A stretch of DNA of 45,804 nt, the filler included, from Catajapyx aquilonaris (lineage: Eukaryota), in the NCBI GenBank assembly GCA_000934665.2. It is 2 parts of 2 records of this genome, joined end to end, with 100 filler letters (N's around TTAATTAATTAA, not from the genome) between each part and the next. Parts side by side here need not be neighbours in the genome. Positions count along the whole stretch, not along the records: positions 1 to 22,920 come from JYFJ02005811.1; 1 more part is not named here. The stretch is one strand, 5' to 3'. Shown one piece after another: positions 1 through 13,040 of the stretch. The notes beneath the pieces were generated by a model. That model saw nothing but the letters and a program-made list of their open reading frames with translations. It did no database searches and had not been told where the DNA came from. Numbering within the stretch: position 1 is the stretch's first letter; the number at the start of each line of letters is the position of its first letter. A program made the translations under genes and the position numbers.

Positions 1-870
1 CTCCCCGAAACCCCGGAATATTTTAGGAAAATTTGCACATTTTATTTACGTTCCAAATATTTTACATAGAAAATAATGAGATGAAATCTGTCCCATAAAA
101 TACTTCATTTTCTGCGATGTGCCAACTTGTACAAAAATGGAAAAACTAATCATCGATTCTGGATATCACTATCACCTGCTATCACTGATGCTTGTGCCAC
201 CATTTTCTTTACTAGAATCAGCTTCTACTGCAGTAGGAGTGCTGCAGGGTTTTTAAAATGAGTTTTAAAATGACTTCAACCATTAAAACAATTATTTTTT
301 TCACATAATGTTTAATACATGGAGTTAGACTACCAGTTGTACATACTATTATTTTCCGAAGCATATTTTTGTGATATTCCCAACGAGTTTGTTGGGTAAT
401 TTGCCAGTTGTAATTATTATCTTGCATTTGCTGCATTTTTTCAGCATTTTCCTCTAAAGCAAATACCTGGTAAATGCCAATAAACTGGATGAATGTAATT
501 TTTTGACAACTAAATTTTGAGAATGTTGATGAAAGGAAACCAAGCAGCAAGCAAACCAGTTGAAATTATCAACTGTTTTTTGCTGATGAAAGTCACAATA
601 TGATTTGGCATGAAAACACTGATACTAAGGTACACTGTAATTCATGTACCGGCTCGGGTACCGGCTCGGAGCCGGTATTTCGCGATCACAAAATACCGCC
701 TGGGTACTGGCTGATGTCCTGGCAATGTCCTGGCTGATGTCCTAGCTAGCAACCGGTACATGTTGTAACCATCCACTTAGAGCAAAAAAGATGAAATATC
801 AATAGGGTACACTATTTTCGATATGTGACATCCCATCATCCAAGTACAGGCGCTTTTCATAAAACACTTA

Positions 871-1042
871 AGGTGCGTTTACATGTGAGCGATTTGACGA
901 GCGAAGTCTTCACCGAGCAGTAACATTCTGAGTAACCCAAATAACCAGTATTGTTTGATGCTAAAATCGATCGTTACTTTCACCTCAAACAATATTGGTT
1001 ACTTCGCTCTGCTTGTCAAATTGCTCACATGTAAAAGCATCT
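871..1042. mobile_element. Small MITE, PIF/Harbinger-like
   Basis: Imperfect ~32-bp TIRs AGGTGCGTTTACATGTGAGCGATTTGACGAGC / GCTTGTCAAATTGCTCACATGTAAAAGCATCT. TTA on both flanks (868-870, 1043-1045) fits a 3-bp TWA target duplication. Confidence 0.65.
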
Positions 1043-2064
1043 TTAGGGTAGGCTTTTTAGCCAGTGAAAAATATCTAAGTATCTCAAAAGATTCTACCAA
1101 ATCACTACAATATGGAGTCTTTTGTCCTAGACATTTACAAAACACTCCCACTGAAAACACTGTTGATGTAGTCCTTGGATGGAGTCCTTCGTGGAATGCT
1201 CCACAAAAAAGCCAGAATCAAATTTAGTGTAGTTCATTTTCTTCAATTTATTATTTTATGGTATGAATATTAATAATTTGACATTTCTGAACAGTGGGAT
1301 ATAAAACAACTTGAGTGCATAAAAAGTCCACAAAATTGTGAAAAGAGTAAACATGTTTGGAGAAAAACCCATTTTTCCCAAGAGAGTGGTCTTTTCCCGG
1401 AAAAAAACCCTTTTTTTCCGGCAGTCAAAATTTCCAGTTTTTTTTACAACACTAGTTGGGACTAGTTAGGAACATGAAATTAATATATTGTTGTTTGGCA
1501 AATTGTTCCAAAGAAAGACAGAAATGAATTTTTCATAGTTAGAAAAATGAGTGGTTTGTTTGAAATCTGAGTCATGGGCTCATTGGGGGAGGGGGGGGGG
1601 GTGTCCCTTATCCAGTGGATTCGCCCCTGGTTACTCTATCTCACTATAAGTGGTACCAGCCACAAGTTTGAACCATGCCAAGAGATCCCGGCTAGCAACG
1701 TTCACACACCATATTTTTAAATGTCAATAAAGAATGTGCAACACGAAAAAAAATGCTTTCGTACTTGACAAAACTGACTTGTGAAACAAAAAACATCAAT
1801 AAAACAGAAAACTTATAAAGACAGAATGGTTAAATTAAAATTCAATTGAAATTACAGACATTACACTGTAGAACGTAACACAACGTAATAAATCACAAAA
1901 TGTGAGGCACCCACAGTCTAAGTAAACTGACCAGCTAAATTAATGAAATAAACCAAGGCCATTTATGCAGCGGCAATGCACTCAAATCCATGACATAAAA
2001 GAACATGCACACCTTGCCTGAATAGTCAAAAATGGAATTTGGGAATTTTCAGAAACAAATGTTC

Positions 2065-2173
2065 ACCTCTGTCCCCTCGTACAGGGGTCACAAGGTCATT
2101 TCGAGCAGGGAACTTTGGGTGCGTTTTTCATCCCCTGGGGTGGACTAACAATGCACCAAACTTCAAGAAAATC
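2065..2173. repeat. Single diverged copy of the ~120-bp unit arrayed at 11.4-12.3 kb
   Basis: GGGTCACAAGGTCATTTCGAGCAGGGAACT...GGTGCGTTTTTCATCCCCTGGGGTGGACTAACAATGCACCAAACTTCAAGAAAATC matches the units at 11780-12270. Confidence 0.7.
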
Positions 2174-2206
2174 TGTCAGTGGCACTTGCAATGGTGTCAC
2201 TCGTCA

Positions 2207-2418
2207 TCAGCCTAACCTCTGTGTAATGCAATAATCGTTTTGCATACCAACTTCTCATCAAGGGGTATCGGAGAATGCATTTCTGGAACCTTCCACTCTT
2301 TCAATTTTCCATGGTTGCTTGAGGCCATCTACATGAAATTGAAAATTTGAAAAAGTAGGAGGTTCTGTTGACTAACCGTTGGTAGCAAAACGATTGTGTC
2401 ACACAATGGTTAGGCTGA
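2207..2418. mobile_element. Degenerate inverted-repeat-bounded element (MITE-like)
   Basis: TCAGCCTAACC..TGTGT..AATCGTTTTGCATACCAAC at left pairs with GTTGGTAGCAAAACGATTGTGTCACACAATGGTTAGGCTGA at right. No clear TSD. Confidence 0.45.
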
Positions 2419-2590
2419 GTCCCCTACACGGCTACACTTAAATGATGGCTAGCACTAATTGGTCATTGAATCGGTTGGAGAAACCAGGCACCTGACGGTT
2501 AATCTGAGGTGCCACCAATTTCCTTGGACCCGGTGGTTTTGCCCCAGGATGCGACATCCCTTCCCTCCCTCCCTGGTCCTATACCCTCAC

Positions 2591-2758
2591 CTGCTTCCCG
2601 TTGAAGATAAGACGTTGCAAGTCCGTAGGAATGCTCAGCTTCTTCTGGACCAGCCTTCGTAAGTCCTCAACGGTGGTGAGCCTGGACAGATTGCACAGCT
2701 TGGAGCTGACCAGCATGGTGTTCTTCCCATCGGCGGTGCGCACATTCAGGTAGTTCAT
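2591..2758 (-). CDS. UHRF1: First coding exon (ubiquitin-like domain) of a UHRF1-like gene; remainder lies beyond the left edge of the window
   Basis: ATG at 2758 gives MNYLNVRTADGKNTMLVSSKLCNLSRLTTVEDLRRLVQKKLSIPTDLQRLIFNGKQ (56 codons), then donor CAG|GTGAGG. It matches the UHRF1 N-terminus (MWIQVRTMDG...LSRLTKVEELR...LQRLFYRGKQ) and ends at a phase-0 intron after GKQ. Confidence 0.8.
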
Positions 2759-3697
2759 CTTGCCCTGGGTATGGGACGTGCGGTCCGTCGGCTCGCACCG
2801 AAGCGGCAGAGCTCGACTTGCCCTAGCCCTACGCACTCTGAAGCCAACTTCCCAACTGGCCAAGTCTGCCGCCAACAAAGCCATGTCATAATCGGCAACA
2901 GGTGGCGGCACAGGTGGCAACGCTGTAGTGGGAGTGGTTCCAAATAACGGCTTTATTTCAGTAGCGTAGCTGTGATATGAAAGACGTTCTCCACTTGTGA
3001 TATGTCAAGCTGCTGGCTTCAGAAAGCCACCAATTTTAATGCCAAACCTCCTAGTTATACCAATAGTCCAATACAGTCTGTGATCAAAACTACTTTTTCC
3101 TCAAACAAATCCCCGATAATGGTGCCGATTAGAACCTAATATTGAGTAGCTATATGGAGCATGACCATAGCACTACTCGCACCGCCTTGTAGCCATTGGT
3201 AAAGTATATTGCGTGTTATTATGGAAACAACTGATCAGTGATCAATAATAATCAATCATGGAAATCCGTTGCCGGCATCCCGGCACTGGTCCAGAACGGG
3301 TCCGGCATTGAAATGGGACAAGCATGAATGCCATGGACAAACAAACAAACAAACAAACTTTCCATTATATACCGTATCGGTACCGTAATTTATGTAAGAT
3401 GTAAGATTTATTTATTTATTTATATTTTGGAGTTGTTTCAACTAGCTGTAGTCGGCCAGTGATCAGTCTGGGTCAGACGATCATGCAGACGATGATGAAC
3501 TGCTTTTGTTTCTTCAGTTTTGATGTGGCGCCTTGAAGGTTGAGAAGATCCAGGAAGTTCGAGTCTAGCCACCTGGAGTTTCTGATGCAACTTAATTGGG
3601 TGCACATGTGTATGCCTGAGTAGGTGGTGGTAGGATGGTTCCCAAGCCCCTCACCGCCTTTGATAAGGACGCCCTCCTTTGTGTGAGGTACAGTACA

Positions 3698-3702
<5 letters not shown>

Positions 3703-3781
<79 letters not shown>
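3703..3781. repeat. Compound microsatellite (CA)n(TA)n
   Basis: CA run to 3760 followed directly by an AT run to 3781. Confidence 0.95.
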
Positions 3782-5767
3782 ATGTAGTGGATTTCAGCTA
3801 CATGTCGAGTGATTTTTAGAGGCGGATTGTCTTTGACTTTTTTATTATTTCCGATTACGTGTTTGTCCTGTATTCACTCATATCTAGCAGTCTATGATTT
3901 AATTATTCGAACACCAGTGACTCAACATGAGATATAATAACCCCAGTACGCCTGTACAGCAATTTTGGTCCAAATCTGTTCTTAGATGCCAGCTAGAGAC
4001 CAACAAGAGACGATTCCATTATGTAGAGGTGACCTGTGACCAACTGATCCTGCTGCCCGCCTTTGTGTTGGTGTTAGCTGTATCCTGTATGGCTATTGGG
4101 TGACCGCAACAGTACCGTATAATTGAATGCAGTGTATGAACAATTAAATAATAATTTTCATTTCACATTAATTTTTATAAAACCATTTTTAAGTTGTGCC
4201 CGGTTGTCATTTTTCCACTTGAGACAGTTTTCTCCGCGATATTTTTACCTGTGAAGATTTTATTATATTATAATATACATAATAAACACCTCTAGCCTAC
4301 TGTTAGCATTCTTCAGATGTTTTGCAGCATCGGTTTTGATCTGGCATCGGCGCCTTGTGGGTGGACATAGCAGGAAGTTTGAGGCGAGCTACCTGGGGTT
4401 GCGACAAGGGTTGCGAAAGCCACTTAATTGGGTCAACATAATTATGTGTGGGAGGGGGTCCTATAGTCGGCGCCCAGAAAGAAAAAAAAACTGCAATGGA
4501 TTTCGTGTGATTTCGCAGTGGAGATGTCAGATACGCAAAAGGAACCCTTAATACGATTCCATATCCACGATTTTTTTAAAAAATCCCATTTTGCATCTGT
4601 ACAGCACTGTACTTGACATTTCTTCCATGAGCGAACGAGGACTGCATGACCCGGCTTGACCCTAACAGAAAATTTGGGAAAACCTTGGGGAAAACGCACG
4701 TGTCTGTGACTCAGTGCAGACTTTTCCAGTGCTGCTTTGTTTTTGTCGACATCTGGCTGCCAGAGCATCCTGGTATGGCTGTTTCCCACCGCGCGGCTTT
4801 GTCCTTGAACAGGATGGATGGTTGTAGTGAGATGCGCACGTGTGCTGGATTTCAGCTCTATCGACTGTTGAGTGATTTCTGTATAGATCATTAATTAAAA
4901 TGTGAACTTTACTGGGAGCTGAATGGATAAATAAATTGCATGGCAGTTTAACCCTGGGAATTACATCAGGGAAGTTGTGACATCAAGAAATTAGGTCTAA
5001 CTACATTACGGGCTCCGTATCTGCCACGCGCGACTCTGGAGAAGAACAGAACCGCGATTCTTCTCATTACATATAGAGAAAATGGGTAGGGAGGTGACGT
5101 CTCTTTTTATTTCGGGGGGTGCTGGGATACTTGAGCCGGGCTAGAATTTTCTGGAGACGTGAAGAAGGGTGCCAAGAACCCGAATGAAATATTGGCTCCG
5201 TATCTGCCACGCTTGAGTGTTGACAATTATTAATAATTATTCCTGCAAAATGTACAATATTAATGTTCGTGGGGATATATTTATAATTTAAAGACATTCC
5301 CCGCTTCCGGGTACTACTGGAGAACTGATTACGACGTTCTATATGCAAATATATACACATATTACGTCACTAATTAGCATTAAAAACAGCAGTTGGCACC
5401 CCTGCTGATCAGGTGAAGTTGCAGCTAGAAGATGCAGATAGGATCACCGGGGTCTACACAAGTTGATTTGTGACACTAGTGACAGGGATATCCTAACTGT
5501 AAAACTCCTTTTAAAAACGGGTCGCTCTGCTCAAAAGATGCACCAACTCCTGACCTCGAGCCAAAAATGCTCAGACTTATAATATGCCATTCAGTGTGTA
5601 TGTCGCCGACTATTAGACGAAGACCATGGATGCAGAATAACCGGAGCAATTATTAAATTCGTCTAATAGTCAGCAAACCACAATACCGTATAGCCCAACT
5701 GGAAATTTTCAAGTTGGGCTACGATATCGTGGTTTGATATTTGAATATTGAATTACCCCTTGTGGTA

Positions 5768-6057
5768 ACCGAAGCAGTAGTGGTGGAGTGGATAAGGTGT
5801 CCGACTGCTAATCGGGAGGTCCTGGGTTCGAATCCCGGAGGCCGGCGACCTTGGCCATGGTTTTCTGTGGTTTCCCATGGTCCTCGCAGGACAATTCCGG
5901 GGTCGTTACCGTAATTATAGGCCACAGCCGCTTCCTTCCTTCCCTATCCCTGCTTAATTCCGATGAAAAGGTAGTAAAAAAATGGAAGAGTTCCAGACAA
6001 AAAATTGGGAGTAATCCCCCCCTAGAAAAGCCCGGTTGGCTGATAATGGGGTATCAA

Positions 6058-6105
<48 letters not shown>
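5768..6105 (+). mobile_element. Full-length tRNA-derived SINE (family A) with (ATT)n tail
   Basis: A box TGGTGGAGTGG, B box GGTTCGAATCCC, central GTTTTCTGTGGTTTCCC motif, (ATT)n tail ~6058-6108. Flanking 16-bp direct repeat ATTACCCCTTGTGGTA at 5752-5767 and 6106-6121. Confidence 0.85.
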
Positions 6106-6111
<6 letters not shown>

Positions 6112-8473
6112 CCTTGTGGTATAAATTATTATTTTTCCAACAGTGAAATCTATGGCAGAACACTATTCTTGCTGTAGCCTATAGCACATATAGGAAGGAT
6201 TGTTACGCAGGGACTAACACAATTTCGACTAAAATGTGACTGCAAATCAGCACTTCAAGTGTATTATTTCTCCATGGTTGCTAACCGGCTATACGACAAT
6301 TTGAGAATAGCATGCAATAATCAGGATCAAGATTCAAGATGTCACTGGTTTTATTTTCGGTCAGTCTAGTTGTTCGCCACAGGGCACGTGTTGGGCACTA
6401 TTTTCGGCAGGGCGGAACCTCACAATCAACAGGTGGAAAATACCAAAAAGCCGAAGATTATCGTGTCCTTCCAGGAAGTCTGCAGGTAGTCCATTGAAAA
6501 CGAAAAGGCCCCCCTAGCAACAAGTCCTAAGCCTTGAATTTGAAAGCCCAGACGCTACTTCCATTGAGTTCCATGCCTTGGGGTGGCTTTGGTCCTTTGG
6601 TGGCTTATGACTACTAGCCTTTGTGTGTCAGAATCCGCCGAAGAGTCGCTTTCTCCACAGATGAACCTCCAAAGGCCACCATCAAAATTTATTGGAGGGG
6701 TCAGGCTCGTCCTTTTGGGGCCTCCAGGCCAGCCGATGGTCACTGACGGGTCATCTCCGGTGACAGCTTCCTTTCGAGCGTGACCGACCGAATTAGGTTT
6801 CAAAACACACAAGTTTTGGCATCTGGGCAGAGCACAATGATCTAGCCCTGTTTTTCTTGTTATTTTCAGGGGAAGGTCCAAATTCGAGGCCACAATCGAG
6901 CCTGTCTGTGTGTGTGTGTGTGTTGGGGGGTCACGGGGGTCACGCTCAATTTCGGGCTAGGATGGCGTCGTAGATAGACTGCTGACGTCATTATATTGCA
7001 GGTGGTCCTGAAAGTGGTCCCAGAGTTAATCCCTTCAAAACTGGACTGGCAACTTCCAATAAATAATATATTTCTCAAATGCAATAGTAGGAAATGATGG
7101 CGAGATCACAAAGAAAAGCAAATAATTGTTGAGAGCTTGATTTGCCACTACATGCAGAAAAGGTAATTGCCGAAGGGGCGGCCATAACTTTCAGTATAAT
7201 ATTTTTAAAATAAAATAACATTAAATAAGCGGTTCTCAAACTGTGGGGCGCGCCCCCCTGGGCGGGGGGGGGGGGGGGGNGGGGGGGGATCCAAAAATTA
7301 TGTGACTCGAAACAGAAAAAAAGTTGCACTTATTAGGTAAGAACTACTTCTCAGGGCTTATTACTGTAGCGTTACAGTTCTATACAATTTGTGCAGTTCT
7401 AAAAGCCAAATGTGCAGTTCTGAATAAGGATTCGTACAGACAAGTCTGTTATATCCGGATTCAACTGTGCTTGGACATTGGCACTGCTGGAAATATGAAG
7501 GGACCGATCTTTCTATTTGCTTATATCCGATGTGCTTACAGTATATAGGAGGATTCCACTGTACTTTGTCAGTTATTACATTCACCTAAGATTGTGTGAC
7601 CTTGAACACACAAAAAATTGCGCCTGCGGCGGGGTTATGGGAGGGGGTGTATCTCAAGTGCCTACTGAAGGGCGGCCGGGGGGTGGGTGGGGTAAATCCG
7701 GCGCTGGATGTGTACATGAATTTTTTGTAATTTTTGGTAACGAACCAAAGCTTTCGGATGACTCTGGTTAGTTACTGAAACTGAAGCACACAGAGATCAC
7801 CCTCCGACAATTTAAGCACACCAATCGAAAGAGGACATCAAGCTGCATCCAACAGACACACTTGAGAAGTGATCGAATGAATGGCAATGCTTACAGAGGC
7901 GCCAAAAGCCGCGCGTGTCCCCAGACACCAAAAGGCCTTTGGCGCGCACAGTTGAACGTATGAGCAGCTGGTGCCAAAGAACAGCAACACTGGCCAATTT
8001 TAAGGTTGGCAATGTTTAGTAGAGACGTTGAGCATCCGATTGGTGTGATCAAGTGCGGTATTCAACGAAAAAAATAATCGTCGCTTCATGTCCGCTCTAT
8101 CGCAAAAATGTCGCCATTGCTTTATTTAGCCTTTGTCGGCCTGCAGCACATGCCGCTTGGCCGACCCTCCTCCTCCTCCACATGATTACATTTGCATTTT
8201 ACATAATTCCATTTACATTTACATACTTCCATTCTCACTCAACCCCTCCCCCTGTCTCTCCAAAATATATTGTATCCCTCCTCTTTTTTCACCATCCCGT
8301 ACAAATACTTACACAGAGAACCCTGTTTTTTTTACATTCTTTACAACCAAACACAGATACTTATGATATTGGTTTACAACAGGGGGGGGGGGGGGNATAC
8401 AGGAACATATCAAGGCGCAAAGACAGAAGGCATAGAGAGGGTTGCACAGGATCACCTTGCATTCATATGTATA

Positions 8474-8994
8474 CAGGGTGCTCAAAAACTCGCGGAAAGT
8501 CGCCAGGTAGCCTGATAGGACTCTTGCATAGTTTTTGCGTACGACGCCTTCAAGATTTCGGCAGTTTCATGACGTCACATCCGCCTTGAGGCCCCCATTG
8601 CGTCATCATATATGTTGTTGTGGCTGTTGCCATTGGCACTGATTATTGTTGCGAATATTGTCAACTGTGATTGTTGAGAAATAAACAACGATTTCAGTCT
8701 GGCAATTGTCGACTGGCCACAAATACAAGCTGAAATCGTTGTTTATTTCTCAACAATCACAGTTGACAATATTCGCACCAATAATCAGTGCCAATGGCAA
8801 CAGCCACAACAACACGTATGATGACGCAATGGGGGCCTCAAGGCGGATGTGACGTCATGAAACTGCCGAAATCTTGAAGGCGTCGTACGCAAAAACTATG
8901 CAAGTGAGCCCAAAACTACTTCCACATCCCTATATTAGTTTTGCGAGTCCTATCAGGCTACCTGGCGACTTTCCGCGAGTTTTTGAGCACCCTG
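8474..8994. mobile_element. Tc1/mariner-type fold-back MITE
   Basis: Begins TA|CAGGGTGCTCAAAAACTCGCGGAAAG and ends CTTTCCGCGAGTTTTTGAGCACCCTG. Almost entirely self-complementary (~230-bp arms, loop ~8702-8726, extra ~40 bp in the right arm). Confidence 0.85.
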
Positions 8995-9037
8995 TGTACA
9001 GTATACTGCACATCCTGTTCCAATTGAGGTAGGCCTA

Positions 9038-9480
9038 TAGTAAAACTTCTATAAGCCGAACTTCCCTAAGTCAAAGTTCTCTATAAGTCGAAGAAAATGA
9101 TGAGCTTGGTTGGTCACAATGTAAAATAATAGGAAATATACTTCCCTAATTCGAATTTCTATAACTCGAAGTGCTGGCAGGGCCTTACTATGGCATTTTC
9201 AGTCTCCCTAAGTTGAAGTTCATGTTGGCGAGTACGGAAAATTTTCGCATTTCCCAGCCGAAGGGTCGAGAGTAGGCCACATGTACAGAAAGGCTGAATT
9301 TCCTGATATCCGTCTACCAGACATACCGAAAGAAGTGTTTGACTCGATTGTGAAAATAATTGAATCCTTCAATCTAAGAGTACGCAAATGTCCATAACGG
9401 AGATATTTTTTTTTTACAACAAAACAACGAGGAACATTGTAAGTCTGATAGTGACAGTAATTTTAAGTTTTGAACACCTT
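9038..9480 (+). mobile_element. 3'-truncated copy of the pogo/Tigger-like MITE found intact at 23848-24405
   Basis: TAGTAAAACTTCTATAAGCCGAACTTCCCTAAGTC...AAGTTTTGAACACCTT aligns closely with 23848-24270. Confidence 0.8.
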
Positions 9481-9659
9481 TCGCGAACATGGAGCGTCGT
9501 GTTCAGACCTGCTTGGACGTAAACGGGGGCCACTTTCAGCATCTTCTATGACAAGATGCACAGACCAAGGTATGTACCCGTAAAATTTCATCGCCCTACA
9601 TCAAGTGGTTTACCAGTTGTGCGCCATTTTCCCGGTTCGGGAGGTAGTGGGACACCCTG
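9480..9659 (+). mobile_element. Right end of a Tc1/mariner-superfamily transposon (transposase C-terminal remnant + TIR)
   Basis: 9480-9551 reads FANMERRVQTCLDVNGGHFQHLL*, the typical RRxxxCxxxxGGHFxHLL end of Tc1/mariner-type transposases. Element ends ...GGACACCCTG|TA. Confidence 0.7.
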
Positions 9660-11317
9660 TAGTATCTGAAAAATATTTCGCGTCTGATAGTCCTATAATA
9701 AAATGTATGTTGTTGTGGTTGCTGGATCATCTCGGATTTTGGGGAAAGAAATCACAGCTGTATACACACCCCTATGCCCTAACGCTAAAATAATATCAAG
9801 TTTCAGCCATATTCCGCAATGCCCTGGGGAGGGTCCGCTCCCGAAATTTTGGAAGAGGCTACTAGAAATGAGCCTTTTCTGGAGAATTTTTTCGGTTAGT
9901 GAAAATGGCCAAAACGTAAGAAACATACACATCCGATGAGAAGCTTGCTGACTGATGCTGAGTGGTCTCTGGCTCTATATGCAATCCTGTTCGGAATGTC
10001 AGCGGTCGTCTCTGATTCTTGACCTCTGGTGACTGGGCCACTCGAAGGAAAGCAATCAAAGCATTGGTATAGTCTATATAGCAGGGCTATTCAACTATAT
10101 TACAAGGTCCAGGACTTACCTTTCCGAGGCATAAAAAAAATGAATAAAAAATGAAAAAAAAAAACACAACACTTCAGTGAGAAAAGTTGAATATTTCGTC
10201 CGCAACCAACTTCGCGAAAAGATAGTAGTCCCATTCAGCAAGTAGACTACTCGCTTAGCCGCTTTACGCCGTTAATTGGTTCCAGCAAAATGCGGCGTAA
10301 AGTGAATAGGCGTAAAACGAGACGAAATTATAATGTAAGGTTCCAAAATTTCCAAAAATTTCCCATAGGTAGTACTAATATTGCAGGTGCCTTGTGGGAG
10401 GTTCTGTCGATATGAACCTGCCACAAGGCACCTGCAAGGCACCAGGAAAAACAAAAGAAGAGCCTGTACGGTTGTGTGTTTGGACTCAGAAGTGTTGCAG
10501 TGATGTGTGTATGTTTAGATTGTGTTGTCATCTTCAAATTTCTCAAAAAACCTCGATAAAAAATTTCAAATCTAATTTTTAACCCGGCGGTTAATGTCAA
10601 CTGCGTACTTCCTGTACGGGTACTTCTTGTACAATCTTATCTCATTGACATTCTCAACTCTGCTAAACTGTATGCTACGTACTCGTATATTGGGCGAAAT
10701 CAAATTACTTGCTTACTACTGGATCATCTGGGCTTCCCCCATCCCTAATTTGCTGCACCTGTGTCTCACCCCCAAGTCACTGACCTTATCGGGAGCACGT
10801 GCATTGAGAAAGTTCGCTGTCCATCATTTTCTTTGCCTATTTGTGGTCTATTTCTAGCTCCTAGGCCGGACTCCCCACGGGGACTCCCTTCCAATGCCTG
10901 AGGGCAGAGGTAGTCTTTCCAAATAGTCCGGGCAGATTTGGTCAAAAAATCAGTTCCGCTCATATTGCGTGTTAATTTTGATCTGTTTGTTGGAAGTTGT
11001 TAAGCATAATGAGAAGTTTCAAAATCGACTTGTCGCCATTTCCCACCCGCCATATTACGGCCGCCATCTTGGAAAAATGGCGGAAAAAACAGGGTTTTCT
11101 GTTTTATCTTTTTAACCGTTCATTTTCTGAAAAATAATTAGACATTAAACATGACGGTAATTATATGTTTCATCGAAGAGTACTCTATCAATATTATGAT
11201 AACTGTAACCGTTCAGCCAGAATCGAGCGGACAATGTCCATTACTACCTTCGCCTGGATTAGCGCGGGAAGAATTGTTCAAAAATTCCGTGCCGCTGTAA
11301 TTTTAATGATAATTAAA

Positions 11318-12358
11318 CCCTTTGATGTCGGAGTTTTTTCCCCCTTTTCCGAAAATTTTATGACCTCCCCGATTTTCTTGAAATTCGGTGCATTGGTAGC
11401 CCACCCCAAGGGATGAAAAACGCACCTATAGTTACCTGATCAAAATGACCTCGTGACCCAATTTTGAGGGGGGCAGAGGTCAAATTTCGACCTCACCGGA
11501 TTTTCTTCAAATTCGGTGTATTGGTAGCCCACACCAAGGGATGAAAAATGCACCTATAGTTACCTGATCAAAATGACCTCGTGACCCAATTCTGATGAGG
11601 GCAGAGGTCAAATTCCAACCTCACCGATTTTCTTGAAATTCGGGGGTTATACCAAGGTTATACACACTTACATTTTTTGCGTACACGTACTACCCGCCTT
11701 AGTGAATCACAAGGGAGACTTTGCAAGTGCCAGTCACAAATTTTCTTGAAATTCGGCGCATTGACAAAGGTCCCCTCCAATATGGGTCACAGGGTCATGT
11801 CGAGCAGGGAACTATAGGTGGGTTTGTCATCCCTTGGGGTGGGCTACCAATGCACCGAATTTCAAGAAAATCGGTGAGGTCGAAATTATATGATTTGACC
11901 TCTGCCCCCTCAAAATTGGGTCACTTGGTCATTTTGATCAGGTAACTATAGGTGCGTTTTTCATCCCTTGGTGTGGGCTACCAATGCACCGAATTTGAAA
12001 AAAATCCGGTGAGGTCGAAATTTGACCTCTGCCCCCCTCAAAATTGGGTCACAGGGTCATGTCGAGCAGGGAACTATAGGTGGGTCTGTCATCCCTTGGT
12101 GTGGGCTACCAATGCACCGAATTTCAAGAAAATCGGTGAGGTCGAAATTTTATGATTTGACCTCTGCCCCCTCAAAATTGGGTCACGAGGTCAATTTGAT
12201 CATGTAACTATAGGTGCGTTTTTCATCCCTTGGGGTGGGCTACCAATGCACCGAATTTCAAGAAAATAGGTGAGGTTGAAATTTTTTGCGTTGAAAAATG
12301 ACCCAAGTTGGCAGGGCAAATCTCCGGACATCATATGATGGCCGTAGGCAGCAAAGGG
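11318..12358. mobile_element. piggyBac-like non-autonomous element built from ~120-bp internal repeats in two opposed blocks
   Basis: Termini TTAAA|CCCTTTGATGTC ... GGCAGCAAAGGG|TTAA. About two direct units at 11360-11640 (TTTCTTGAAATTCGGTGCATTGGTAGCCCACCCCAAGGGATGAAAAACGCACCTATAGTT...) and about four reverse-complement units at 11780-12285. Confidence 0.7.
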
Positions 12359-13040
12359 TTAAGAGGCGTCGGACTTTTTAAAAGTGGTACAATATGTGTT
12401 TTACGAGACGTTAAATTTTAAAGGGGCCATTTTTGTGCATTCCAGAGCGTGCTGTTCATTATTTAATTGGCGCTAGGGATGTCACAATTTAATGATTATA
12501 GTGCCTTTGTCTTGGTCAATGTAATATGGAAATTATGGTAAAGAGACCTTTGGCAATATGATCACACCGCACTATAGGGTTGTGCTCAGTAATCTTTGGA
12601 CCACTGCACTGGCCAAAAACTAATATGCATACATAAATTTTTATACCTGTTGAAGGACTTCAGTTTGACTTTTTTAATTTCATTTTCTTATTCTTCACAA
12701 TTATCACAACGCAATGACCTGAAGTATCAAGATATATATGACCATGGAGACGGGAATGGGCTGGAAGGGCTCAGAAACGTACAGCACGTGGACGTAGCAC
12801 GTGGCCACAGGTCATCAAAATATGTCGTTTCGTTTGCAGCTGAGCGATCCAAAAAAAAAAAACCTAAATGATGTTTTCAACTAATTGTCACAATTTTTGC
12901 TTCTACCTGTTCATATAAAGTACAGAGAGCCCAGGGGCCATTCCAGGACAAAACGACCCTTTTTTTATCAGAATAACACCCTCCATTTTTTAAATGAAAT
13001 TTTGCATGCAGGTCCCAAAATGGACGAGTAAGTAAATACC

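Noticed and set aside
5768..5850. tRNA gene (also at 13300-13372 and 35215-35288)
   Set aside because: A and B boxes are present but continue into SINE bodies with tails (TSDs at the first two), and no proper acceptor stem is evident. These are SINE heads.
6555..6893. 112-aa minus ORF and surrounding GC-balanced region
   Set aside because: No recognisable domain or consistent splice chain; cannot support a gene call.
11360..12290. CRISPR-like array
   Set aside because: Contiguous ~120-bp units without unique spacers, eukaryotic context, and no cas genes.
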